Shown here in pieces: positions 17,920-26,232 of a stretch of DNA of 35,812 bases. Every line of letters begins with the position of its first letter. The stretch's first letter is position 1. This DNA comes from an uncultured Clostridia bacterium (lineage in GTDB: Bacteria; Bacillota; Clostridia; Tissierellales; Sedimentibacteraceae). The DNA is taken from positions 1-35,812 of the forward strand of contig CAZTXR010000001.1 in NCBI GenBank assembly GCA_964617605.1. The letters are read 5' to 3'. The notes under the pieces were generated by a model that worked only from the letters and a program-made list of their open reading frames with translations, ran no database searches and was not told the DNA's origin. A program made the translations under genes and the position numbers.

Positions 17920-19077
17920 TTATTCTGCAAATAATGTGTTAAATACTACCAATGCAGCCTCAGCACGATTAACATTCTTAAGAGGTTCAAAGTTTTCTTC
18001 TGCTACTCCTGCGAATACCTTTTGTGCTTCAAGCCATGCAACAGCATTTCCTGCCCAATCTGCAACATCTTCTTTATCTATGTAATCAGATTTTTCCATT
18101 ACAAATTTATCTACCTTTGCTTGTTCAACCTTGCCGGCAGCAACTGCTGCTCTTGCTGCTACAAGAGCCATTTCCTGTCTTGTAATAACTTTTTCGGGAG
18201 CAAATGTTCCGTCAGGGTATCCTGCGAATAAACCAGAGTCTACAGCTGCTTGTACATATGTTGCTGACCATCTTTCTTTAGCTATATCGCTGAATACTCC
18301 TTGGTAGTCTTTAAGTTCATAACCTAAAGCTGCAACTACTATTTTACAAAACTGCTCTCTTGTAAATTCTTTTTCAGGAGCATAAAGTCCGCCGCCAACG
18401 CCATCGATTATTTTTCTTGCAGCAAGGTCATAAATTGCATTTTCAGCAAATTTATATTCTTCACTTAGATCTGTGAATGTTACTGTTTCTGTTGCTTCTT
18501 CTTCAACAGGCTCAGTAACGGGAGTTTCCTCAACAGGAGTCTCCTCAGGCGTTTCTGCAGTCTCTTCTGTAGCTTCTCCTACGGTAATTTTATTAACTAA
18601 TTTAAAAACTGTTCCAAACTCTCCTGCCTCTTTTACATTTCTATAAACCGTGATTTCTTCATTTTCAATTTCATCATTGTCTATCAGCTGGCCATCTACC
18701 TCATAAGCTAAAACGAATTTAAGTTCATCATTAAGCACATCCTTTAAGGATTGCGGATCAATGGGATATCCGTCAGATGCAAAGAATTCCACAGTACCTT
18801 CTTCAGCAGTTACACCTGCTTTTTCCTTCAACAGATAAGATAAGCTGACGCCTTTTACCTGAGCTGATTTTTCTCCGCCTTTTGAATTATAAATGTATTC
18901 CTGAGTTATTTGAGCTTCCTCAGGCATTGCTTTTAAATCTTCCAATGAAAATTTTAATTCTGCAGCAGCTAAGCTGCCACCAATTTCAACTGCATAGCTT
19001 TCCTCTGCAAAAACCAATGATTGCGATAAAATCATTACTACAGCTAATACCAATGAAATAATTCTAAATCTTTTCAT
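17920..19077 (-). CDS. Secreted SLH protein with one N-terminal Cys-less molybdopterin-binding-like domain
   Basis: Signal peptide (VFA-EE); FSLEDL, VKGVSLSYLL, FASDGY, LAYEVDG; E/T/P linker; SLH x3 (FTREQF, ITRQEM, VNRAEA). Confidence 0.8.
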   Translation of the reverse strand: MKRFRIISLVLAVVMILSQSLVFAEESYAVEIGGSLAAAELKFSLEDLKAMPEEAQITQEYIYNSKGGEKSAQVKGVSLSYLLKEKAGVTAEEGTVEFFASDGYPIDPQSLKDVLNDELKFVLAYEVDGQLIDNDEIENEEITVYRNVKEAGEFGTVFKLVNKITVGEATEETAETPEETPVEETPVTEPVEEEATETVTFTDLSEEYKFAENAIYDLAARKIIDGVGGGLYAPEKEFTREQFCKIVVAALGYELKDYQGVFSDIAKERWSATYVQAAVDSGLFAGYPDGTFAPEKVITRQEMALVAARAAVAAGKVEQAKVDKFVMEKSDYIDKEDVADWAGNAVAWLEAQKVFAGVAEENFEPLKNVNRAEAALVVFNTLFAE

Positions 19078-19080
19078 AAA

Positions 19081-19189
19081 TCTCCTCCATAATTTTGATT
19101 ATTTATTTAAAAGGGACATTCATGTAAAGATTAACCTTAATGTTTGTCCCATTTTTTACAATAAATTTTTAGGTCCTTGTGCTCGGAGT
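19081..19189 (-). promoter_or_regulatory. 5' leader resembling a degenerate or interrupted Moco (molybdenum cofactor) RNA motif
   Basis: Begins ACTCCGAGC-ACAAG-GACCTAA about 10 nt after the predicted TSS and ends TATGG-AGGAG at the RBS; the central GAAA-loop stem and CCTCCC/GGAAA elements are not visible. Confidence 0.4.
19113..19151. repeat. Degenerate copy of the GGGACA...TGTCCC REP/MITE-like element
   Basis: GGGACATTCAT ... ATGTTTGTCCCA resembles the ends GGGACATTCCT ... AGGTGTGTCCCCA of the 32058-32114 copy. Confidence 0.5.
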
Positions 19190-19205
19190 ATATTAAATTA
19201 AAAAA

Positions 19206-19234
19206 ATTATATCATAAATAAAAAGAAGTGTAAA
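19206..19234 (-). promoter_or_regulatory. Sigma-A promoter of the 15-gene operon
   Basis: TTTACA-17 bp-TATAAT with extended TG (TGaTATAAT). Confidence 0.75.
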
Positions 19235-19246
19235 GTTGCAATTTCG

Positions 19247-19951
19247 TTAATCTTCAAATACTTTGCCTATACTGTCGTTTATAACTAAATCAGCATTTTT
19301 GTCCATGGGGGTTGATGTTTTGTTAATCAATATCAGTTTACTGCCCTTAAAATAATTAATAAGTCCGGCAGCAGGATATACCACAAGCGATGTTCCCCCA
19401 ATAATTAAAACATCAGCATTTTCTATATATTTAACTGATCTTTCCATAATATCACTATCAAGGCTTTCTTCATATAATACAACATCCGGTTTAACAAGAC
19501 CCCCGCATTGGCATTTTGGAACCCCTTTACTATTGACAATGAAATGAACATCATGAAATTTCCTGCATTTCACACAATAATTACGATGTACTGAGCCATG
19601 AAGCTCCAATACATTTTTGCTTCCTGCTTTCTGGTGAAGACCATCGATGTTTTGGGTTATAACTGCCTTTAATTTTCCTTCTTCTTCAAGTTCAGCAAGC
19701 TTCTTGTGAGCATTGTTTGGCTTTGCATTTAAAAAAATCATTTTATTTATGTAAAAGTCATAGAATTCTTCTGTGTTGCTCAAAAAGAAGCTGTGAGAAA
19801 TCATTATTTCCGGCGGATATTTGTATTTTGTGCTATACAAGCCGTCAACACTTCTAAAATCAGGTATGCCGCTTTCTGTAGAAACCCCTGCCCCGCCAAA
19901 GAATACTATATTATTGCTTTTTGATATTATTTTTTTCAGTTCACTGTGCAT
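19247..19951 (-). CDS. cobB: NAD-dependent protein deacylase (sirtuin)
   Basis: GGAGVSTESGIPDFRS, ITQNIDGLH, ELHGS, CxxC/CxC zinc site, KPDVVLYEE, GTSLVVYPAA. Confidence 0.95.
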   Translation of the reverse strand: MHSELKKIISKSNNIVFFGGAGVSTESGIPDFRSVDGLYSTKYKYPPEIMISHSFFLSNTEEFYDFYINKMIFLNAKPNNAHKKLAELEEEGKLKAVITQNIDGLHQKAGSKNVLELHGSVHRNYCVKCRKFHDVHFIVNSKGVPKCQCGGLVKPDVVLYEESLDSDIMERSVKYIENADVLIIGGTSLVVYPAAGLINYFKGSKLILINKTSTPMDKNADLVINDSIGKVFED

Positions 19952-20033
19952 ATTTACCTCCCACTCATAATCTCTTCATTTATTATATCATAAACCAAGT
20001 TTTTATCAAACATCCGGAACAAATAAGATAAGA

Positions 20034-20070
20034 GGACAGGGTGCGGTTCATTATGAACCGCACCCTGTCC
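20034..20070. terminator. Perfect 17-bp inverted repeat (terminator of the deacetylase gene; REP-like GGACA..TGTCC ends)
   Basis: GGACAGGGTGCGGTTCA-TTA-TGAACCGCACCCTGTCC. Confidence 0.75.
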
Positions 20071-20078
20071 CCTTTTTA

Positions 20079-21176
20079 TTACTCATATATATTTACTAAT
20101 TTGTCCCCTACCATTTCCATGTTAAGATAATCTCTGTGTCTTTGTGGAATTGTAACTACATCAGGATTACCGTCACTAATAAATCTTTCCCTTTTATTAT
20201 TCTCATATGAATTAAAATAGTCATATATACCGCAGTTATCAACATTGATTTCGCTTGCTGTCACACGGTAAAGGCTCTTAAAATTCGTTAATGTATCAAA
20301 AGGCGAATAAGCAGGTCTCCAGCCTACATCCAAAACTGCTATTGTCTCATAGGCCTCGCCTTCATATTCTCCTTTAAGCATTGATTCAATAAACTCATCC
20401 TTTGGATTGCTGCCATGGGGAAGGGCAAGAGTTTCAACTGAATAATCAGGCAGGTACTGTTTTATTATATTGTTTACTGAGCCTATTTCTATTTGTATTT
20501 GTTCTGAGTTTAATTTTGACATCTCATTATGGCTATATGTGTGATTACCTATATCATATCCGTTATCAATAAGCCAGCTGAACTTTTCTTGTACATATTC
20601 TTTTTGGCCAAATGGATTAGTTCCTAAAAAAAAGCTTGCAGTAACGTTAAAATCAGGGTATTTATGTTTAAATTCTTCCAAAATCCCAACAGCACAATCA
20701 GGGTCTATTATCATTTCACCATTTGTTTCAATATAATTAAAATTATTTTGCCTTCCGTCATCAAAGGTCAGTATTATGGGGGTAAACCCTGCCTTTGTTT
20801 TAATTTCTCCCTTGGCATAATCGTTTAAACTTATCATTTGATAACCGTTTTGATACATATATTCCAAATCCTTGCGAAGGTTGTCGGGGGTTCTTTGCCA
20901 TGTTGACTCCTCCTGACCCACACCATGGTACATAAGTATCATGATTTCACCAAGTTCATTGGGATTCAGTGATAAATCAACAGAAGCTATAGCATCTTCT
21001 TTGGTGGGTTCTGTGATATCTTCTTTAACAGGCTCCTTGGGTTCATCGGCTTCTGTATCTGTTTTTTGCTCATCCGATGCTATGGGCGGTTTTTCCTCAA
21101 TTGGCATTTCTACAGGTTTTTCTGCCTTACAGCTTGTCAATAATAACAATACCAATAAAACAATTATTTTTTTCAT
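20079..21176 (-). CDS. Polysaccharide deacetylase (CE4/NodB) lipoprotein
   Basis: Lipobox LTSC; ILMYH, LTFDDG, IGNHTYSH, ALPHG. Confidence 0.9.
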   Translation of the reverse strand: MKKIIVLLVLLLLTSCKAEKPVEMPIEEKPPIASDEQKTDTEADEPKEPVKEDITEPTKEDAIASVDLSLNPNELGEIMILMYHGVGQEESTWQRTPDNLRKDLEYMYQNGYQMISLNDYAKGEIKTKAGFTPIILTFDDGRQNNFNYIETNGEMIIDPDCAVGILEEFKHKYPDFNVTASFFLGTNPFGQKEYVQEKFSWLIDNGYDIGNHTYSHNEMSKLNSEQIQIEIGSVNNIIKQYLPDYSVETLALPHGSNPKDEFIESMLKGEYEGEAYETIAVLDVGWRPAYSPFDTLTNFKSLYRVTASEINVDNCGIYDYFNSYENNKRERFISDGNPDVVTIPQRHRDYLNMEMVGDKLVNIYE

Positions 21177-21347
21177 TTTACTCTCCTTTTTCTGTAATTC
21201 TATTTTATATTATTAGAATACAAATGTCCATATGAAGATTTTTCATATTTTTGTTTAATATTGATTGTATTTTTGATATAATGAGATTAAAAGGAAGGGT
21301 TGGATGGGGGACACACCGGGACTGCACCTTTAACTTTGGAGGATAAA

Positions 21348-21881
21348 TTGGAAAACAGCAAAAAAAACGCACAAGATAAGTTAAAACTTTTGTATATATT
21401 GAATTTTATAGATTTACCATTAACAAATATAGAAATAAGCAACTACATATTAGAATACGAAATGATGGATTATTTCACATTGCAGCTCTTGTTAAGCGAT
21501 CTTCAGGATGCTAAGTTTACAATAATCAAGCACAGCAACGGAAAAGAATGTTATTTTGTTTCTGCAGCAGGTAAGGCTGCATTAGAAATGTTCAATAAAA
21601 AACTTCCTGAATATTTTATAAAGGAAGTTGAAAAAAATTTTTCCCATATAAAAAAACATATAAAAAAGCAAAGTGAATTGGTTGGTCATTATTACAAAAG
21701 AAAAGATGATGAATATGTCGTTTCTCTTCAAGTAACTGAAAACCTAACCAATATATTCAACTTGAGCGTAAATGTCCCTGATGAATATACAGCTAAAAAC
21801 ATAATAAAGAGATGGGAAATAAGTCCTGAAAATATATTTAGGCAAATAATGACTATATTAGTATCCGAAATTAATGAATAA
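21348..21881 (+). CDS. DUF4364 family protein
   Basis: KLKLLYIL..IDLPLTN..I....L....MDYF.LQ..L; TTG start at 21348 after GGAGG (21338-21342). Confidence 0.8.
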   Translation: MENSKKNAQDKLKLLYILNFIDLPLTNIEISNYILEYEMMDYFTLQLLLSDLQDAKFTIIKHSNGKECYFVSAAGKAALEMFNKKLPEYFIKEVEKNFSHIKKHIKKQSELVGHYYKRKDDEYVVSLQVTENLTNIFNLSVNVPDEYTAKNIIKRWEISPENIFRQIMTILVSEINE

Positions 21882-22764
21882 CTTTGATTAAACCCGGAAC
21901 AAATTGTAAATCCATGAATCTTAAATCATGCTTCTTTTTATCCATTATTGTAATTTGCTGTCGTTTTGAATTTGTTATGTAAATATTATCTTGACCGCAA
22001 GAAAGGGATTCCGGGTACCCGCCTAAATATATTCTTTGTGTGATTTCTCTTAAATCAGAATTTATAATATAAAGACATTTATCCACAATATTTATAGCAT
22101 ACAGTATATTTTGTTCAGGATCATGCAAAAAATCAGTACATAAACCGTCTATTACAATTATATTTTCTATCATAGCACTATTTAAATTTATATAGTTTAT
22201 TTTAGTGTGAACATTTCCATTTGCATAATATGTCATAGCCATTATTCTGTCATCTGAAGCAAATAAATGCATAGGCTTTCCTTCTGTTTTGAAACTCCTT
22301 CTCAATCCTTTATCAATGCTGTATTCCGCCACTTCATTTTCTTCATAACAAGATGTGTAAAGCGAGTTACTTTTTATTGAATAAATTACATCATGGGCTT
22401 TTATGCCTGCAGGTATGGAGCCTGTCAATGTAAAGGAATTTAAGTCTATTATTGAAATATTGTCTGATTCAAAATTAGCAACATATATATTTTCATTATC
22501 TAAACACATATGTCTCGGGTCTCTTCCCACGTTTGTTTCAAGAAAGTCATTAGTAATAATATCATATTTATATATCTTATTCATGTATGAATCTGCCAAA
22601 TAAACCGCATTTTTTGACACTTCCATACTGTGAATAGCAAGACTGTCACTTTTTCCCAAATTAACAGCTTTTTTAAATATGCAATTTTCACCTTGAAGTT
22701 CTATTATAAATAAAAATAAATTTCCTTGACTTATTCCTGTTGTGACAATTTTTTCATCATACAC
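21871..22764 (-). CDS. YncE/YVTN-type beta-propeller protein
   Basis: Repeats VGRDPRH..IYVANFESDNISIID, AGIKAH, LGGYPE..IYITN. Confidence 0.75.
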   Translation of the reverse strand: MYDEKIVTTGISQGNLFLFIIELQGENCIFKKAVNLGKSDSLAIHSMEVSKNAVYLADSYMNKIYKYDIITNDFLETNVGRDPRHMCLDNENIYVANFESDNISIIDLNSFTLTGSIPAGIKAHDVIYSIKSNSLYTSCYEENEVAEYSIDKGLRRSFKTEGKPMHLFASDDRIMAMTYYANGNVHTKINYINLNSAMIENIIVIDGLCTDFLHDPEQNILYAINIVDKCLYIINSDLREITQRIYLGGYPESLSCGQDNIYITNSKRQQITIMDKKKHDLRFMDLQFVPGLIKVIH

Positions 22765-22780
22765 TCAAATCACCTCCATA

Positions 22781-22808
22781 TAGTTTATGAATCATAAGTA
22801 AAGAAGTG
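22781..22808 (-). promoter_or_regulatory. Putative sporulation (sigma-K-like) promoter
   Basis: CAC-16 bp-CATAAACTA. Confidence 0.35.
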
Positions 22809-22878
22809 AATATTATGTTTTAATTTTATTAATATGGGTATAAATACTTTAAGAAATCAAATAAAAAAGGAGATATTT

Positions 22879-23394
22879 ATGTTAAACGAAAAAGTAGCAA
22901 ATTTATTAAATGAACAAGTCAACAAAGAATTTTATTCTGCCTATCTTTATTTAGATATGGCAAATTATTATACAGACAATGGATTGGACGGTTTTGCCAA
23001 TTGGTTTAAAGTTCAAGCCCAGGAAGAAAGGGACCATGCCTTATTATTTTTGCAATACATGCAAAATAACCAAGAAAAAGTTACATTAGGTGCTATAAAT
23101 GCACCGGATATTGTATTTGACAGTTTCGGTACCCCCTTAAATGAAGCATTTAAGCATGAACAATATGTCACAGCTTCCATAAATAATATTTATGATGCAG
23201 CATATCAAATCAAGGATTACAGAACAATGCAGTTTTTAGACTGGTTTATTATGGAACAGGGTGAAGAAGAAAAGAATGCAGATGATTTAATAACAAAATA
23301 CAAGCTTTTCGGTGCTGATGCCAAGGGTTTATATATGCTTAATTCAGAATTGGCAAGCAGGGTATATTCTGCACCATCATTGGTATTGGATTAA
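22879..23394 (+). CDS. ftnA: Non-heme ferritin
   Basis: LNEQVNKEFYSAYLY, QAQEERDHA, HEQYVT, FLDWFIMEQGEEE; ATG at 22879 after AAGGAG. Confidence 0.93.
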   Translation: MLNEKVANLLNEQVNKEFYSAYLYLDMANYYTDNGLDGFANWFKVQAQEERDHALLFLQYMQNNQEKVTLGAINAPDIVFDSFGTPLNEAFKHEQYVTASINNIYDAAYQIKDYRTMQFLDWFIMEQGEEEKNADDLITKYKLFGADAKGLYMLNSELASRVYSAPSLVLD

Positions 23395-23420
23395 TTATAA
23401 AAAATTAATATCAAGAAAAG

Positions 23421-23445
23421 AAACACAGCAAAAGATGCTGTGTTT
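23421..23445. terminator. Bidirectional intrinsic terminator between convergent genes
   Basis: AAACACAGCA-N5-TGCTGTGTTT with T/A tracts. Confidence 0.75.
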
Positions 23446-23510
23446 TATTTTGTTTTCCTGGAAAAAATGATTTCCACCTGTCTTGGAATGACGAGTATTC
23501 TCATTCTGTT

Positions 23511-24215
23511 TTACACCGTCGGTATACAGATCATGGTTCCGATAATTAAAAAATTTGCCGGTCTTAAATGAGGATTCGCAATAAGTAATTCTGATGGCGT
23601 AATATTATTGGCTATAGCTACGGTTGAAAGACTATCCCCTGCCTTAATTACATATTCTGATGCAGTTCCTTGCGGACATGGGGCAAAGGGCTCAGGCGGT
23701 ATACACAGGTCTGTTCCCGGTACAATAATATTCGGATTGAATTCTTTATTTGTTTCTTTTAGCTCATTTAAGCTTAAATTGTATGATATCAATATATCGC
23801 TTAATCTTGTTCCTTCTTGTATGGTAACAAGGGTACCGAAAGGACAGCCTGCCGGTACATTTGGTATGCATATCTCCTGACCTACCTTTAAATCATAAGG
23901 ATTTGCCTCAGGATTTGCTTCAAGAAGCAAATTCAGAGGAATACTGTATCTTTGTGCAATATTATAAAAACTTTCTCCTTCCCTTATGGTGTAATATGCA
24001 CCATTAATGCATGGCGGCCGTTGAGGAACTTTTGGCACACATAGAGTCATTCCTTCTGTTAATGATCTTAACCTTAATGTAGGGTTTAATTCAATCAACC
24101 CCACCAAATTCGTTCCAAACCTTGATGCAATGGAGTTTAATGTATCCCCTGGCCTCACTTGGTACGGCATTGTATATATGTTGGGGCATAATTGTTGATT
24201 TTGTCCATAAATCAC
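23511..24215 (-). CDS. Multi-LysM protein (4 LysM domains with Cys-Pro linkers; spore-associated type)
   Basis: YQVRPGDTL, YTIREGESF, VTIQEGTRL, YVIKAGDSL, each ending G..LC(V/I)P; GTG at 24215 after GAGGTG. Confidence 0.85.
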   Translation of the reverse strand: MIYGQNQQLCPNIYTMPYQVRPGDTLNSIASRFGTNLVGLIELNPTLRLRSLTEGMTLCVPKVPQRPPCINGAYYTIREGESFYNIAQRYSIPLNLLLEANPEANPYDLKVGQEICIPNVPAGCPFGTLVTIQEGTRLSDILISYNLSLNELKETNKEFNPNIIVPGTDLCIPPEPFAPCPQGTASEYVIKAGDSLSTVAIANNITPSELLIANPHLRPANFLIIGTMICIPTV

Positions 24216-24287
24216 TATAATCACCTCATATTATAATTAGTTAGTTTATAATATTCATCAGCCGGTGAATGTTTCCTTAATATATGT

Positions 24288-24731
24288 TTACTGTGTTTCA
24301 AACCTTTTTCTTTCTTCCACAGCTAATTTATCACATCTTTCATTATAGCTGTGTCCCCGGTGCCCCATGACATGAACAAATTTTACCTTATGTCCCTCCA
24401 TTGCCTTTAGCAACCTTTTCCATAACTCTATGTTTAAAACTTCTTTGCCGTCAGATTTCTTCCAGTTCTTTTTCTGCCAAGAATCAATCCAGCCTTTATT
24501 AAAGGAGTCTGTAATATATTTTGAATCAGTGACAATTACAACATCACAGGGCTCTTTTAATGCTTCAAGACCTATAATTACACCCATAAGCTCCATTTTG
24601 TTATTTGTGGTATTTTCTTCTCCCCCGGATAAGACAGATTCATGGCCGTTGTATTCCAATATTACTCCATAACCCCCGGGACCGGGATTCTTGCTGCAGG
24701 CGCCATCAGAGTATATGTTGACCTTTTTCAT
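24288..24731 (-). CDS. rnhA: Ribonuclease HI
   Basis: YSDGACSKNPGPGG, TTNNKMEL, TDSKY, GHRGHSYNERCD. Confidence 0.96.
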   Translation of the reverse strand: MKKVNIYSDGACSKNPGPGGYGVILEYNGHESVLSGGEENTTNNKMELMGVIIGLEALKEPCDVVIVTDSKYITDSFNKGWIDSWQKKNWKKSDGKEVLNIELWKRLLKAMEGHKVKFVHVMGHRGHSYNERCDKLAVEERKRFETQ

Positions 24732-24735
24732 TTTA

Positions 24736-25908
24736 CTACCCCTTATTTTTAATTAGCATTACTCTTAATATACCATAATGTTCTTCTAATTCCCTAAGCT
24801 TATCCTCATTGAATTCCCCTATTACATCTATAATATTGCATGCATAATCCCCCCTTGATTTATTGACCATGCCTATTATATTTACATTGTGAGATGCAAG
24901 TGCAGTTGTCATTTTACCAATCATGTTGGGAATATTTTTATTTAATACAACAATCCTGTCGGTTCCTTGATATCTGTCCATAGAACAATCAGGAAAATTA
25001 ACGGAATTTGTAATGTTGCCTTTTTCCAAATATTCTGTAAGCTCTGTAACAGCCATTTCTGCACAGTTTTCCTCTGCTTCTATGGTAGAGCCTCCCAAGT
25101 GAGGTATACAGACCACATTTTTGGTATTAATAAGCCTTTCGTTGGGCAAATCTGAAACATGGTAGCCTACCTTACCGCTTTCCAAAGCTTCTATTAAGTC
25201 ATCTTCATTGATTATTCCATGGCGTGCAAAATTCAAAATTTTAACGCCATCCTTCATTATACCAATATTCTGCTTATTTATATAGTTTTTAGTTTCATTG
25301 TTATAAGGTACATGAATCGTGATATAATCGCTTCTTTTGTACAGTTCGCTGATATCGCTTGAATATTGAACATCCCAAGACAAGCCCAGTGCATTTTTCA
25401 CTGAAATATAGGGATCGTATCCTATTACTTCCATCCCTAATTTAATTCCTAAATTAGCAACAAGATGTCCCACATTTCCAAGCCCGATAACTCCTAATGT
25501 TTTGCCTTTAAGCTCCGGACCCACAAATTGAGATTTTCCTTTTTCTACAGTTTCTGCAATATCCCTGTCTAAATTTTTTGTCCAGTCTATACTGTCCATC
25601 ACTTTTCTTGAGCTCATCAAGAGCCCTAAAAATGTCAATTCACATACTGCATTGGCATTAGCCCCGGGAGAATTGAAGACAACAATACCTTCTTCTGAAC
25701 ATCTTTCAACAGGTATGTTGTTAACACCCGCCCCTGATCTTGCTATGGCTTTAAGATTTTTTGAAAATTCCATGTTGTGAATATCTAAGCTTCTCATCAC
25801 AATTCCGTCTGCTTCGGATGTTTGTTCTTTAACTACCTTATATTTATCCTTAGGAAGCAAATTCATTGTATCCTTTGGAATATCACAAAAAAGTGCTACT
25901 TTATGCAT
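24736..25908 (-). CDS. serA: D-3-phosphoglycerate dehydrogenase-family protein with a C-terminal ACT domain
   Basis: ARSGAGVNNI, NSPGANANAV, GLGNVG, LNFAR, PHLGGST.EAE, NKNIPNMI ACT. Confidence 0.88.
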   Translation of the reverse strand: MHKVALFCDIPKDTMNLLPKDKYKVVKEQTSEADGIVMRSLDIHNMEFSKNLKAIARSGAGVNNIPVERCSEEGIVVFNSPGANANAVCELTFLGLLMSSRKVMDSIDWTKNLDRDIAETVEKGKSQFVGPELKGKTLGVIGLGNVGHLVANLGIKLGMEVIGYDPYISVKNALGLSWDVQYSSDISELYKRSDYITIHVPYNNETKNYINKQNIGIMKDGVKILNFARHGIINEDDLIEALESGKVGYHVSDLPNERLINTKNVVCIPHLGGSTIEAEENCAEMAVTELTEYLEKGNITNSVNFPDCSMDRYQGTDRIVVLNKNIPNMIGKMTTALASHNVNIIGMVNKSRGDYACNIIDVIGEFNEDKLRELEEHYGILRVMLIKNKG

Positions 25909-25935
25909 TTTCGTCCTCCTGTTATTTTAAAGATT

Positions 25936-25964
25936 AGTATAACGTTTAAATTGTATAAAAGCAA
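25936..25964 (-). promoter_or_regulatory. Sigma-A promoter of serA
   Basis: TTGCTT-17 bp-TATACT. Confidence 0.6.
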
Positions 25965-25991
25965 GTGCTAACTTTAATAAATACTTAATAA

Positions 25992-26028
25992 ATACAGGTT
26001 TTAAATGAATAGATACAGGTTTTAAATG
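25992..26028. repeat. 16-bp direct repeat, 21-bp period
   Basis: ATACAGGTTTTAAATG at 25992-26007 and 26013-26028. Confidence 0.85.
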
Positions 26029-26032
26029 CACA

Positions 26033-26056
26033 AAAATGCGGCTTTCGCCGCATTTT
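26033..26056 (-). terminator. Intrinsic terminator of the small membrane-protein gene
   Basis: AAAATGCGGC-TTTC-GCCGCATTTT. Confidence 0.8.
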
Positions 26057-26064
26057 AGTAAGTA

Positions 26065-26205
26065 CTATCTTCCGAAACCTCTTCCGAAGAAACTATTTCC
26101 CCCTAACAAGAAAAATATTATCCCTATAATTATTAACCATTCAATCCAATTGTTAGACTCATCATTAAAACATCCACAATTTGCAGCTCTTACTTCATCG
26201 GACAT
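26065..26205 (-). CDS. 46-aa small membrane protein (Cys/Gly-rich, clostridial sporulation-type)
   Basis: MSDEVRAANCGCFNDESNNWIEWLIIIGIIFFLLGGNSFFGRGFGR; GAGGTG RBS; own terminator. Confidence 0.7.
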   Translation of the reverse strand: MSDEVRAANCGCFNDESNNWIEWLIIIGIIFFLLGGNSFFGRGFGR

Positions 26206-26232
26206 ATAAATCACCTCTCTTAACATATAGTT

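Noticed and set aside
8917-19077. MsrPQ or sulfite oxidase enzymes
   Set aside because: No catalytic Cys, no Tat signal and no heme-b MsrQ partner are visible.
19247-19951. Sir2 protein as an anti-phage (Thoeris/DSR/SPARSA) component
   Set aside because: It has canonical CobB length, a zinc site and deacylase motifs, and no defence partner genes.
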